NCBI GenBank assembly: GCA_964016885.1
Contig: OZ024742.1
Span: 326,988,001-327,052,000, forward strand
Reading direction: 5' to 3'
From: Eledone cirrhosa
Lineage: Eukaryota
Length of the DNA: 64,000 nt
The position numbers were made by a program, and so were the translations under genes. Below, piece by piece: positions 27,151-41,951 of the stretch; the first letter of the stretch is position 1, and each line of letters opens with the position of its first letter. Below the pieces are notes generated by a model that searched no databases, was not told the origin of the DNA, and saw only the letters and a list, made by a program, of their open reading frames with translations.

Positions 27151-28550
27151 CCCCGACCCTGGTACCAAGTAGGATATATTCTTTGTTGGCTTTTTTAGAC
27201 GTGTGGTTAGGGTGTTGGATTAACAATTGTAATATCGAGAGTTCGATTCTTGAGCTGGGTAGCAAGTTGGGTTCTGGAGCAAAACACTTCATTTCACATG
27301 GCTCCAGTCTACTCAATTGAAAGTGAGTACCATCAATAGTTAGGAGTAAACCTCGCGATACACTGGCATTCTGTTCAGCGGCAGTATTCCAATGAAACCG
27401 AGATAACCAACGGCCTGATGAACTTCGAGGTTTGAGAGAAACTTTGACATTTTTTAATAGCTATTATTCTATTATAGATGGCCGAATAAAATAGGTTCGT
27501 GAGTGAGAAAGGCTATACAATGCTGGTTGCTACAAGTTTGCCGCTGAACAGGATTCCTTGCTATTGCTGGTAGTCACTTTCAGTTGAGTAGACTGGAGCA
27601 ACGTGAAATCTAGGCCAGATAGGAAATATGTAGATCCAATTTCGAGCAACTCGCTAAGTCCTCTCAGACAGCCGTTTTCGATCCACTGCATGGTAGAGCT
27701 TCAGCAACTTATGCCTGTTTTAAGCCTACCTATCCACGCAGGCCAAGTGGGGAATTTAAACCTGGAATGGATATCATGTAACGCGACTCACATTCTAAAA
27801 ATATTGCCAATCCCCAGCTACTGGACTGATGAAAAGCAAAGCTGACTTCGACGGAATTTAAACCTAGAGCACAGAGAACCAGTATTTTAGTAAATCAGTG
27901 GTTAGCATGTATGATTATATTTGGTAAAAACATGTAGCGTACATGATGCACAGAGCAGAATAAAAGAATCAGAACGTAGGACGACGAAGCCCTACCCACT
28001 AACTCAGAATCGTATGTCCATGGCGGTGAGTAAGGAGAGGTAAATTTTGAGATTTTAGTTCAGATATTAGATTAAGCATTAAACATATACTTAAAGCCAT
28101 GACTCTTCCGTATTTCTCCATATCACTGACTAACATTTTTTAGAGGTGGTATTGGGTGATTTGAGGGTAATCTGGTTACTATTTCTAGCAAGCAGTTTAT
28201 GCAGACGCATAAAAGGTTAATAGCCTCGTTGGCTTCGCAGCAGCAATTAAATAAAATACAACGCTTCTTAAACCGTTAAACGAAATAAGTAGAGCGGCTA
28301 GTTATCGCTGTGGTATCTCTTACTCTCGGGGCGTCAGGAGTTTGGAACTAGCAATTATCACTAGTGTTTGAAGCCATGACCATGACCACAATCGCTTTAT
28401 CAAGCAGGCAGGCGTCAGGCAGTATTTTAAAAGTCCAGACATTGATTGAACATCCGAACATACCTGGATAATGTTACACACAATTTTACACCAACACACA
28501 TATACATACATAAACCATATATATATAGAGAGAGAGAGTCAGAATATATA

Positions 28551-28817
28551 TATCCCGGTATTCGCGGGGGTTACGTTCCTAGAGCCCCGCTTAGGAATTT
28601 TTATGGATCGCGGTTTTTCACTCTATCAACGTCAAAATATAATAATAAAAAAAATGAGGGAGCGTCTTAATTGTTTAACGTTAAAAAAAAATGATATATA
28701 TATATTGCCACGAAAAAAGCCACCAAAAAAATGTACGATTCCGCGAATATGCAGTGGTTTCCGCGAACAATTATTAGTTAGGTTCTAAGAAAATTTCCGC
28801 GAAATCCGGGGGATACA
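28551..28817. mobile_element. Tc1/mariner (Tigger/pogo-like) MITE
   Basis: Imperfect terminal inverted repeats TATCCCGGTATTCGCGG / CCGCGAAATCCGGGGGATA in a TA-rich context. Confidence 0.5.
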
Positions 28818-30329
28818 TTGTGTGTGTATATATATATATACAGAGAGAGAGACTAACATCTATGACATTCGAAGGAACGCACGTAGTAGTGAAAAACTGA
28901 GAGTAACAATAGAGTGAACCATCGGATGTATGTGTATATGTACTCACGTAAAGGTATCTTTAAACATTAAAGAAATAAAACTCCATAAATAAACTCATCA
29001 TAATTTTCCCTACCACTATTTACACTGGTCACGTAGAGCACATTTTCTGGTTAATAATAATAAAGCACTTATCTGGCGCCATAAATCCATCAAAACGGAA
29101 AGAAGAAAAATGTTCATAGACGCCCTTAGCGTTCAAACATTTTAAAGGCAGTTCACTGCTGGTATTTCCCGAGTCTTCAGATTTGATCTGAAAGCCGACA
29201 CAGTTCGTACTGAGACAAAGCTCATTCGAGAGTGCTGGCTGGAGCTGACTTACATTCTGTCCAACAATCAGAATCTAGGAAAGAGTTGCATTTTACATAA
29301 AATATAATTTTTTTTTTTTTTTTTAATGTTAATTTATTTAAAACAGTGAAAACTTGTATCGATGAAGATATAAGGAAAAAAACACTGAAAACACTTACAT
29401 TTCAGTTTAAACCTTTTTTTCCTAACCAACAAGTTAATCTTTTTTTGTGACAACACAATTTACTATACCGAATCATGCTTTATATAAAATCAGTTTAGAA
29501 TTTACCATAATTTTTCTTAGAATTATTTACCACTTTGTGGTAAAACATTCCAGCTTTCCAATACTCTGAGAAAAAAAATATCCTGATATTTGTTCTTATA
29601 TATATCTTGGATATTTTATAACCATGTCTTCTCGCATCATTTTAATAAGCTGGAAAACTTAATGTTTAATAAAAAAAAAAAAAAAAAAAAATGTTTTAAT
29701 TAAAAAAAACTACATGAACACGTACTTATATTGGTTTATGTTACATATGTATGTTCAACAAGTTTAATGTGTATGGATTGGGCTTCCGTCGGTTTCGGCT
29801 ACGAGTATTCTAGTTGTTCGTTCGATGAAAAAGCTACTCGTGAAATAAACGTTTAACTAGCCGAGCACTCCACAACCCCACGGGATCATAAAATAATTCA
29901 TAGAGAGATTCGGCCTGTTACATACAGACGGCTACATTCCATTCGACAGGCTTCCAAAGTTTTTGTCTGTCCAATTTCACTCACCAGACTTAGGTTGACC
30001 TGACGCTGTAGTATATGACACTTGCTCAAGATGCCACGTAGTGGGATCAACTCCGGGACTTGATTGCAAAACGAAACCATTGGGTCATGTTGCGTCCACA
30101 CAGAATGCACACATAAGTGAATTTTCTATACGTTTGAATTTACAAATTTGGAGAGTAGTCAATGCATACATATAATGTATTTTCTTATTCATATTTGAGG
30201 CTTCACTTCCAGATCTGTCAACACGCCTCCTCCGATGGGGATATTTCCCCGTTTTGGCTCATTTCTCTCCGTCTCCTCGTTTTTGTGAAAATGCATATAG
30301 CTTTCACTATGTAAAATCTCCCCATTTTA

Positions 30330-30820
30330 GGGCACTTTTTTCATGGTACTCCCCGTGAAGAAATGGAAGAGGAAGGGAAGGATATAAATACATATATGTA
30401 GTATTGGGGCCATGAAGGATATAAATACATATATGTAGTATTGGGGCCCACTGTGTAAACTCTGTAAAGTGGAGGTGTTGGTCCCTTGATAAAATGCTAC
30501 CAGTCCACACTGTAAAGTAGTAGTGCTGGTTCCATGACAAAACTCACCCAGCCCACTCTGTAATGGTAGTGCTGGTGTCATGATAAAAAAAAGCACACAG
30601 TTAGCCTTTAAGATAGTAGTACTGATGCCACAATAACATGCTCCCAATACATACTGTAAAATGGTTGGCATTAGGAAGGGTATCCAGCCATAGAAACCAC
30701 ACCCAAAAATGGAATGTATGAACTAAATGTGGTCATCTGGCCAGTCTAGATTCAGAATGTGACTAGCCTAACTAACCTACGCAAGCATGGAAAATAGATA
30801 TTAAATGGTGATGATGATAT
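30330..30820 (+). mobile_element. RTE 3'-UTR-derived repeat ending in (GAT)n
   Basis: GTTGGCATTAGGAAGGGTATCCAGC..TAGAAA and GCATGGAAAA..ATGATGAT match the 3' UTR at 16062-16330. Confidence 0.65.
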
Positions 30821-31837
30821 AAAGATGAGTAAACACAATCCAGTTTTCTGAAATATTATATTTTGTTACTCTAGTTGTTTTTCTCTATCAGCCTAAAGCT
30901 GTAACAGTAGCAGACCAACTGGTTGGGTTGGTGTTTTAGAAATAATTAAAAGATGCTTTGAGTACAGCATACCTGGAGCCACTCCTGGTTCTATCATACT
31001 AAAATATATTTATCTAAAAACCTTCCATCATAATTTTATGTAAGAACCTTTGTTATGTTACATTCCAAACACTAGCTTAATAATGGTTTCTAATTTAGGC
31101 ACAAGGCCAGCATTTTGGAGGAGGTAGAGAATAGATGGTTATATCGATCCCAGTACTTGATTTGTACTTTATTTTACCCAGTCCAGAAGGATGGCAGGCT
31201 AAGTTGACCTGAACCAGATTTGAAACCAGAATGTAGAGCTGTAATGAAATACTGTAATACATTTCATCCAACACACTAACAATTCTGCAAATTCACTGCC
31301 CTACACTAACTTAATAATGCAAATATTTTTATTTTCAAAATGGTTCGAAAATTGTAAGCAGTGTCTTTCATTAGAAATATGGTAACAAAAAGGTTAATGT
31401 TATTGTTGTTAAAGCTCACCTCTCACAGATTTTATGAGCAAAACCAACCAGCAAAAGACCCAGGAGTAGACTGAGCAAGAGGGATGGACAACATTCATGA
31501 GCTGAGGTGATCTCACTTGGGGATTTAGCTGGATCAATTGGAAATAGTTACTTCTGACAGGACTTGCTGGAGGGCATGTTTGAGGACTCTTTCCCCATGA
31601 CTCTCCCAGGAGTAAGTGGGTGATGAAGAAGACCTTTGGTGAAAGGTGTACCAGTTGTGACCATCACTGATGTAGTCATTTTATCATTATAGGGTATATA
31701 TAAGGAAAACTGAGATTGTTCTATGCTAGAAATTAATAGTATGTTGTTGTTTAGTCCTAGGTCAGTTGTGATTGAGAAACCTATGTTCAAGGGTGTTCTA
31801 GTTGCAGAATATCATAAAAGAAAAAAAACAGTGGGGT

Positions 31838-32042
31838 TTAACCCTTTAGCATTTAAACCAGCCATATCTGGCCAGAATTCTCTCACCTTTTTCTTTTCAA
31901 ACCAGTCATAACTGGCCACTCATAGGTAGTGTTCTCAAAATAAATAATATCAAAATCTCATAAATTCACTATTATGTGAGATAAGCCTTTATCATGAAAA
32001 TGCAATAGTAAATATAGAGTAATGTGAATGCTAAAGGGATAA
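31838..32042. mobile_element. piggyBac-like MITE (opposite orientation to 6407 and 14826)
   Basis: TTAACCCTTTAGCATT...AATGCTAAAGGGATAA. Confidence 0.7.
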
Positions 32043-32948
32043 TGTTATTATTGTTGCTGGAAATATAACTAGTAAGACTATTCTGTTAGAAATTGATATT
32101 ATGTGGTAAGAAACTCTCAGGAGAGCTGGAGAGCAGAAGGTCGTCAGAGAAAAAACCCCGCTCGAGCAAGTGTTTCAGCCCTTATGTTGTTTAGTAACCC
32201 AAAATCTATCCTGATTGAGCCGATCTTCAGGACAGGCAAGTCTGTGTGGTTAAAATTCAGCATTGCAACCACACGAAAAGCAAAAATACATTGATAAATC
32301 TCACCACGATTGAATTTGCATTTGATATTTTGCTGTGGTGGGATCAATAAAGTATGTTCTAGTAATATAATTGTTTCTACTTTTGGCACAAGGCCAGCAA
32401 ATACCCAGTGCATTACTGGTACTTTATTTTATCGACCCCGTAAGGATGAAAGGCAAAACCAACAATATCCTTCCTTCCCTTCTAAATATGAGGTCTTGTA
32501 TCTGTTATATATAATATATTCAGACATTAACTGATTGAAGACTGGTAGGTAGAGTGCAGGAATTTATTGTCAAGCGGTCTTGCCGTGGGGTGCAGCCCTA
32601 TTACTGTCGCGCCCTAGGGCCAGAGCCCAATCACCTTCACCCTCACCCTCCTCATTCTTCCGTGACACTAGAGCCCTTACCATTCCCTTCCTTTTTTGTT
32701 TTTATATTTTCTTATTTTACATTCCATTCTCTGTTCTCAATCTAATTTTTTTTTTCTTTTTCTATTGAATTGAATTTACATAATATATCTTTACATAGAA
32801 TTCTGAAAATAATCAAAAATTTGGAAGTTTTAGTAATATAGGAAAGTGGCAGGGACTTCCAAATTTCAGTTTGGTCACTATCTGGCTGCCTGATGAAACG
32901 AGCAAGCTGAAACTTCAAGAGATCGCTGTCACTTTTCTTCTTGGGAAT

Positions 32949-32979
<31 letters not shown>

Positions 32980-33067
32980 AGCGTTAACCTAATATATACC
33001 TTCCATATACTGTACCGATTGTGTTGTTATTTCTGTTTACCTTTTGCATATATATATATATATAGAT

Positions 33068-33167
<100 letters not shown>

Positions 33168-33238
33168 CTATTATTTTTATCTAAAGACATTTTTTCCAAT
33201 TCCACCCCGCCCGTCTCCTTAATCTATTTCTCATTCTT

Positions 33239-33274
33239 TCTTCTGATGAAGGACTAGCGTCCGAACCGTTAAGA
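33239..33274 (+). ncRNA. Degenerate minimal hammerhead-ribozyme motif (Penelope-like-element type)
   Basis: TCTT-CTGATGA-A-GGAC(TAGC)GTCC-GAA(C)-CGTT-AAGA. Stems I and II pair; GAAA is mutated to GAAC. It sits between ~80-bp direct repeats (32979 / 33294). Confidence 0.5.
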
Positions 33275-33358
33275 CCCTCTTTCTGCTATATCAAGCGTTA
33301 ACCTAATATATCCCTTCCATATACTGTCCCGATTGTGTTGTTATTTCTGTTTACCTTT

Positions 33359-33405
<47 letters not shown>

Positions 33406-33608
33406 TTATATTAAGTACTGTAGATTGGCAGAATTTCGTTCCGAATTCAAATGGCACCAGAGTCGAGTTTATCATTTATTTTTTCGTGAACGATTTAAAT
33501 ACGAACCTATCCTGCAAGATCGATCACGCCCTAAATTCTAGGAATGATCTAAATAGTTTCAGGAACAACAAACAAACGACCCCCCCCCCCACACACACAC
33601 ACACACAA

Positions 33609-33647
<39 letters not shown>

Positions 33648-34799
33648 GGTAAAAATTGGTTTCAATGACAATGGTTGTTCCAGTTGTTTGATCATACTAG
33701 ATAAATGAGGGACGAAGGGAGTGTGGTCGGTCCCGGGTGGCACTTTTTGGTCTGTTGAATATATTTGAGTATGGGTTGGGATGGTGAGGAAGGGGGAGTA
33801 AGTGACAAATTAAAAGGCTTCCGCAGGTGGCACACACTGATCTGAAGTGTTTCCGAAATGCTTCCTTCTATCCAGTTTCATTCACAAGGCTTGGGTCGAT
33901 TCGTGGCTATAGTAAAAGAAAAAAAAATCTTTTCCCCGGATACTACACAGTAAGATCGAACTCAGAACTTCATGATCCTTTTGTTTTTAACTGTTTCAGC
34001 AGCACATTTAAAAAGACGGTAATAGCCCTGAAATATTATGTTGAAACAGAACTTATTGACCTTTCGGCCATGCTACGTCCGTGGAAACAATACGTTTACA
34101 ATGAACGATCTCATCGATTATAGCCAATCCAAAAAAAAGGTGTGGCTTTGTGTCTAATTGTTGTGAGCGTATTGTTATTGTTGCTCCATAACAAGAGTGT
34201 GTAGGAGAGAGAGGGAGTGTGTGTGAGAAAGAAATGTGTGTGATAAAGAGAGAGAGTGACTGCTATTTTTAATGTTATTTAATCGAAAGTTAGCCGTGAT
34301 CGTGAAAACGTATGATCAACGACGTCCCAGCCGTGACTATACCGTTATTTAGTATTAATCCAATGTTTCCTTCCAAGTGTTTAACCATTTCATTACCCTG
34401 CCTATGTGTTTCAATTAATTTTGAAAATAACGAAACATTTGGAGGTTGAATATAACTAAGTTTTTCATTAGAAAGCAGATATTAAGAAAAATATTCTAAA
34501 ATAAAATTATCATACACGAATAAGCATTTTATAATGAACAGTTTTGAATCATAAACCCAGTCAAAAGGGTTAAAATAGTAGAGTGTTCTTGATTTGGAGG
34601 GGGGGGGGAATATAGCTGCTATTTCTAGTAGGACAAGTGACCATGTAGAGGATCCTTAGTTGTTAAGTATATATAGGTGGATCGGTTGACCTTGCCCTTT
34701 GTACAATGTTTAGTGTTTTTCCGATACGAGTACAACCTTGATTGATTAAAATTATGTTTACTATATTCATTATCTATATTTTATTATATAGCAAGTAGT

Positions 34800-34850
<51 letters not shown>

Positions 34851-34990
34851 ATAATAATAAAATTGAAGACTAAAATCCAAAGAGGGCTCGATAAGGATAA
34901 ACATATATCAAATATATAAGAACCGTAGAGCAAAGTTACGATAAACTTAAAAGACGAAAAAGTGACAACTGCCTACGGGACTCTTACCAC

Positions 34991-35408
34991 GTATCTCAAA
35001 ACTTGGAAGAACCCAGTAATATCAACATGTTGACTCTACAAGTAGTATTCGAGGGTATGTTTCGTATATATATATTACTGAAACTAGTTTTAAAACTAGT
35101 ATTGGGGGGGGGGGGGTAGAATGTGTTGTGTACAGGGTGCACGTGATGTGTGTATATATCTAGGTTGTCTTTTTCTATTTTTTCTGTGTAAAGTGTGGAC
35201 ATGTGATGTGTTTGTTAATGTAGAGATTATTGTGAGTATAAAGATATATCCTATATTCCAAATCACGCTGTGTTAGTGCTATCATTAATTACATAGGGTG
35301 TCGATCAATGACACATGTTTCAGTAATAAATATACGAAACATACCCTCGAATACTGCTTGTAGAGTCAAAATATTGATATTACTGGGTTCTTACAAGTTT
35401 TGAGATAC
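34991..35408. repeat. Foldback inverted repeat, ~93-bp arms (34991-35084 / 35317-35408)
   Basis: The arms are reverse complements with a few mismatches. Confidence 0.85.
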
Positions 35409-37358
35409 AAGTTTTTAGCCCGAGATAACTCAAGAATCAGCAGACCTATGAATGATCAAAGGCATTCTAGCCGTATGTATGCAAAGAAGCCGGGAATTAA
35501 ATTATCCAACGTAGGTACAAGATTGATATGGTTGTTATTTCTTGGAGATCAAGCCACAACGTAAACGCTCCACCCTCTCCTTGGCTCGTGTAAAGAGATT
35601 CGTTCGCACATGTAACATGTTCAAGTTATGCCTGAACTGTTGTGAACAGGTAATCATGTTGTATATGATAAATTGGCTTACGTGAGTGTGCATGTAATGT
35701 ACACAGGCGCACACAAACACAAACATATATACATGTGTTTAAGTGATGCGTGTACCTGTATATATGTGAAACGGTTGTCTTAAAGTATAGATTACACAGA
35801 AATTACAGATGTGGTATGCAGTGAAGACATAGGCATACCACATATGTATTAGCCCAAGGACAACAGTCATCTCCAGCCGTAACCATCCTATCTTTTTTTT
35901 TTTTTTTAAATATTCTATCTAGGATCATATCTAACGTGTCCTTTTGTGGGAGATTTTGACTGTTACTTCTAGCCGGCCATGCGAGAACGCGGAGACAGGC
36001 TCCTTCGTTGGTTTGTGTAAGCGTGATATTCAGGCCCAGGTCAAAGCTGGCAGGGTAACCTATGATCAAAAGCATCTGATGGACACTGATTCCATCGATT
36101 GAGTATCATCAACGTTAAGTATGGAAGAATATCGAAGATATAATCGAGAAAGTAAAAATGTATTCTTTATCAAGTAAAGGCGTATATGGACACATATTTA
36201 ATCTCGCTAAGAATATTTCAAGCTATAATCATATTACAGCTACCTCGATATCGAGCTAGAAGCGGTTTACAGATATATTTCAGAATCGTTACTCTTCGTC
36301 AGCAGTTGCTTACATACGCCTAGACATCGAGCTATTAAAGACTGTAAAGTTATATTAGATTTCGCAAACCAACTATTAGATATTTCATTAAGGAATACGT
36401 TCGTTCTTTCAATACAAACATATTTATATTCTGGTGGCGATGAATATCTGTAAAATATTAACATATCAGCAACCTTGGTAATGCGAAGTTGGTTTTACAT
36501 TGCCAACGCCATAACTGTGTAACTGTCAAACAGAAATGACAGAGGTGAAGCTTGACCGAACACGATGATGAAAGTATTTAAATTTAGATTAGATGTTTCA
36601 TACATTCAGATTATGTTTCATATTGAAGTGTGTTGACAGTCAATCGGAAGGACCAGTGTTTGCTAGCTGGGTTCAATCGATGAATACTTTAATTTATGCC
36701 GTGTTGTCAGCTACTTCGTTGAACTGCTCCTGGTGCATTTAACAATATTTTAACACTCATTCACGTATTCAATGTTCCATGTTTTCTAGTTTAGTGTTGT
36801 CAAATGAGTGAAACAGAAAAGTAAGAGGGCAAAACTGGTGAACATTAATCCCGATGATTGACAATATCGATAAGATTGACGACAACCAAGCCATTAGACC
36901 TGTATTCACTAGTTGCGCCTAGTGTAATATAGCAGTATATATTTTAAACAAAACAAGACGGGTTTTTATCTCGGTTTCATTGACTAGAAGAATTAACAGG
37001 GAGCCATTCCATCGTAATATAAACCCCAAACTATTGTTGGTACTTCTTTTCAGCTCAATGGACTGGAACAACGAGAAATGAAGCGTTTTGCTCAAGAACA
37101 CAGAACTGTCCAAGAATTGAACTCACAACACACAATACAGTTATAGTCCTATAGAAGTTATTTCTATATATAATAAAGACACATATACAACGTATTGAGT
37201 ATCTTTTTTATTTGTGTGTTACCACACGGGAACATATATGTGTGTGTAACAACAGTTACAGGCGTAGCGTCGTCGAAGCACTCGAAGTTGATACGAGGAC
37301 ACTTTTGTTTGGGTTGTATTCCAGTTTTACGGTTGTAGTGTGCAGAGTGTAAATATAT

Positions 37359-37428
<70 letters not shown>

Positions 37429-37959
37429 TTTGTAACTCTACGAAGTTTACTATGGAATCTCCTGATTATTTATCATTCATTCAGCCACGCCAATACAAAT
37501 TATTCGGCAAGTGTAAGCCCTATGTATGACATTTTAAATTTGGAGAGCCTTTAAAGCAATGTAAGAAGAAACCACACAAAATTAATAGGAGGAAAAAAAA
37601 AAATGAAATGTGAACTTTATAGACATTTACGTTAGCTACATACACTTTGTACCTATTTGACAACCAAAAATAAATTTTTTTAACCTGTGTAATGTAATGA
37701 ATAGAGAAGAGTAATTGTCAAAATAACGAGTATTAAAAATTACCACACTCACACATTATGTGTATATATGTGTGCATGTGCTGTGTATGTATGTGTGTGT
37801 TTTATATGTATATTATGAAAGTATATGTGTGTGTACACAATATATGTATGCATATATGTGTTGTATTAAAAACATGACTGTCTTAGTTTGTTTTTAAGTT
37901 GTTTTCAGTTCTTTGCAGTATATGCTATGTATGTATACTCTGACGTAAACTCAATACAT

Positions 37960-38032
<73 letters not shown>

Positions 38033-39779
38033 AGTATGTGTGAGTGTGTGTTTTGGAGTCTCCATTGCGTAAACAAACATGTATTATATATTAACAGAAA
38101 CAAACACGATCGAACATACAAAAACACTAACCTACGACGATATCAACAAAACATAGGTTGGTGTTTTACAGTATATATCTGTATATATATATTATATATA
38201 CAAAGACAAAAATATAAGATATCGAAGCTTATAGAAATGTAAACAAAGTGGTACACATACATGTGTATGTATACATATGTATGTAAGTATGTACGTGTAT
38301 GCATATGCAAACATAACATGCGGTGTATATAACAATGGTTTCTGATTTCGGCACAAGGACAGCAATTTCTGGGGAGGGGAAAGGCGATTAAATCGACCCC
38401 AGTATGTGACTGGTATTTTATTTTATCGATCCCGTAACTATTAATTAATCCAGTGAATTGGTAGACAGTTTGAATATTTTAAGAGGAAAAAATTGAATAT
38501 TTCCAGGGACAATTTTGCAAAATGTTTACCTTCTATCGTTTTAACAACAAACATTTTTATATTGTGTGTGTGTGGGGGGGGGGGGCATCAAAATATTTGA
38601 AGTACTGTAGTGAATTACGAAGTAAAAAAAGTTTGAGAATCACAGAACTAACCTGTCTTTCTACATATATATACAATATATGTATGCTTTCGAGTGCCTC
38701 GGCTGGCCACGTTTGGTAAAACGCAAGCAGGTTGTCCTCACAAATCTTTCTCTGTCTCTCACTTAATGGCAGTGTTAAAGAAAAAAAAAGTTTGTTTTAA
38801 CTCCCTCTGCCTGCAACTGCCGGCTGCTTGCCTTGTTGCTTTTTCTATGTGTCAGTGTGTTTGTTGTGTATGGGTTGGCTAGTGTGTGTATGTGAGAGTG
38901 TTCTGTGTCGCTGTGTTTCTATGTGTATGAGTTGGCTAGTGTGTGTCTGTGTGGGTGTTCTGTGTCACTGTGTATGAGTTGGCAAGAGTATGTGTGTGAG
39001 TGTACTATATCATACTGTGTCTGTGTGTGTCCCTGTGTGTATACTATAATGACTGGTTGGGTGTATGTGTCAGGCAAAATCTGTCGGTAGACAACAGCTT
39101 CTTCGTCTACCCACACACATACGTACACACACACATTGTCGAGTATTTACTAATATATAATATGTGAGTGTGCGTAAGTTTTTGTTTGTCTTCTATATAA
39201 CAATGATTGGTTGTGTGGGTATATATATCAGGGAAATGTGTCGGCAGTCAACAGCAAACCCATGCACACACCTTACTGTGTATTAATATATATGTATCTA
39301 TATGTGTGTGGATGTGTACGTGTGTGTGCACGCATATAACTTTTTGTGTCTATGTCATTTAATATTTTTACACTTCTCTATTCAACATCACACATGTGTG
39401 ACATATATGAGCGTGCGTGTGTGCATTTTTCGTTTACATTGCCATATATATAAACAATTTGATTTATTTGTGCATTACCAGCAGTTTCATAAACATATAC
39501 ATGTTTAGTGCCATCAGATGATTTTAAATAATATAAATATTTTTATCTATATTGAGTTGATTGTTCTGTTCTTTGGTTTATACTCATAACTAGCTGTCTA
39601 TGTGTGCCATATGTGTGCGTTTCGTTTACATCTTCAAGTGTATGTGTGGAAGTTATATTGCAGTCTTCATATACATTCAGAGTACAAACAAGAGAAAAAG
39701 TACCTAATACATATTGCAACAACAGTCAAACATTTCTAACAAAGTCTCTTCACAATTCATGACTTTCCATTGATCCCTA

Positions 39780-40077
39780 CTAAGGTTTGTATCGTCTGGG
39801 AGTCGATCGATGAATGTCCAAACAGGTCTTCCTCTACAGCGTCTCTCCGGATGTCCTCCAAGGAGACACATTCTCACCATATCTTTTCATATTCATTCTG
39901 GACTATGCCACGAGGGAAGCCATTGTTAATGAACAAGATCTCGGCTTTACATTGACACAAAAGAGAAGTAAGCGAAACCCATCGAGTATTATATGTGATA
40001 TAGATTTTGCTGATGACATAGCTCTTCTGTCAAATACAATTGATCAAGCTCAAGAACTTCTTCATAATACCATATAG
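39780..40077 (+). mobile_element. Non-LTR RT fragment
   Basis: VLQGDTFSPYLFI...DIDFADDIALL. Confidence 0.8.
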
Positions 40078-41279
40078 TATATGGAATTGGTTGTCAAAAC
40101 GGCAAGACCTCAGCCGTTGAGTGCCGACTCTCTAATATAGATATACCTACATATATATAGGGGGGGGGGGCGAAATATCTAGAACTGCAGTACTTAATGT
40201 GTCTTTTTAAGTCATTTGAAGGATATTTAGCTGCTATTTCTAGCAGTCGAGCTAGTCTCCATAGAGACTACCTCGTTTAGCTTGTTATTTCTATTGTTAT
40301 ATATATACTTTTGTGTCTGTGCGCACATGTGGACGTTTATATGAGTTTGAAACTGTTAATATGCAGCTGTTTATTCTGTGTGCGTATTTGTCTAGCTATT
40401 TATCCGTATGTGTCTGTGTGCTCATTTATGTAGTCGTTTCTGCATATGCGTGTATGTATGCATTTATATAGCTGATTATACATGTGTGTGTATCTGTACA
40501 TGCCTCTGTTTAGCTGGTTATACCTGTGTGTGTGTGTGCGTTTGTATATATACGTGCGTTTGTATACATACGTGCTACATTTGTATAGCTGTGTGTGTGT
40601 GTGTGCGTCCATTTGTATAGCTGTCTATGCGTATGCATTTATGTAGCTGTTTGTGTATGTGTGCGCGTCCAATTGTGTAGCTGTTTATACCGATATATAT
40701 GTACATTTGTGTAGATGTTCATAAGTATGTGTTTATTGCGTTTTAGGTGCTTCTGTCCACCTCTTCGCCCTCAATCAAAATTACCCGGATGACGGAATCA
40801 CCTAAGACACCAGCCGTGACGTCATGCATGGCTTGTCATGGACAGTGGTAGGCGGAGCTAATATTTAAATATGGATACCGCGAAAACTTTCAAAAGATTT
40901 CTTATAGTTTTATTCGTTTCCCTTCTTAGTTATTTATTTGCTTCATGTATATCTGTAGTATTTTTGGCGAACCTCTTAATTCTAGATTGTTTTAAATTAT
41001 GACCATTTCTTTCTTTTACAAATCATTGATATAATCAGCTATACCTCTCACCATATCAAAATATCGTTTTCTTGCGTTCATGTTAAAAATGTTTACTGTT
41101 TTTGTTAAAACCGATGCCATTGTCTTTTTTATATATATATATCATGGACTACAATGGGTTCTGTAACAGAATACATCAAACGTTTAATCTCCCCCCCTCC
41201 CCCCGTCAAACACACACAAGCACGCACAAACACACACACTCACGACCTTTCACCAAAGGACTTTCCTCATATCTTTCTT

Positions 41280-41440
41280 AATAATTGTTTCTACTTTTGG
41301 CACAAGGCCAGCAATTACCTCAGTGTATTACTGGTACTTTATTTTATCGACCCCGTAGAGATGAAAGGCAAAGTTAACCTCGGCGGGATTTGAACTCAGA
41401 CCATAAAGGGCCGTAACTCTATTCTGACGCTCTACCGAAC
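41280..41440 (-). mobile_element. SINE copy
   Basis: Family core in reverse orientation, near-identical to 4654-4790. Confidence 0.85.
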
Positions 41441-41796
41441 TTTATTCAACAGGCCTTCCAATTTTTTTTTATCTTTCTTGCGTAAAACTCACTTGACGCG
41501 CTTTGGAATCCCTGCCCGCACTGTTTAACCCACTCGACTCCACAGGTAGACACTATAATGATCATTTTCTTCCGTCTCTAACAGGATTTTGCCCAGTTTT
41601 CTCAACTATTATTTACTGTCGTCGACTGATATTACAGCTATTTCCTGTGACTGTGACTCTCGCATTTTAATATATATGTGTGTGTGTGTGTAAAGGAAAG
41701 AAGAGTGCTCTATGTATAGTACAGAGTTATTTTATTTCAGCCTCACTTTCATTTATAAGAGATTTTAATTTCATATCTTATATCCAAAATAAAGAT

Positions 41797-41867
41797 TTCT
41801 ATCTGATGAGCCATATCAGACTTTTCTGTTAGAATCGTCTAACTTCGTGAAACCTTGGGTAATGGAA
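41797..41867 (+). ncRNA. Type I hammerhead-ribozyme-like motif
   Basis: Stem I TTCTAT/ATGGAA; core CTGATGA; stem II closing GC...GT; GAAA; stem III ACC(TTG)GGT; cleavage triplet GUA at 41859-41861. Confidence 0.55.
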
Positions 41868-41892
41868 TAATTATATTGTGTTGTTTATTACA

Positions 41893-41951
<59 letters not shown>

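Noticed and set aside
32889-32925. CTGATGA..GAAAC hammerhead-like text
   Set aside because: No convincing stem I, stem III or cleavage triplet.
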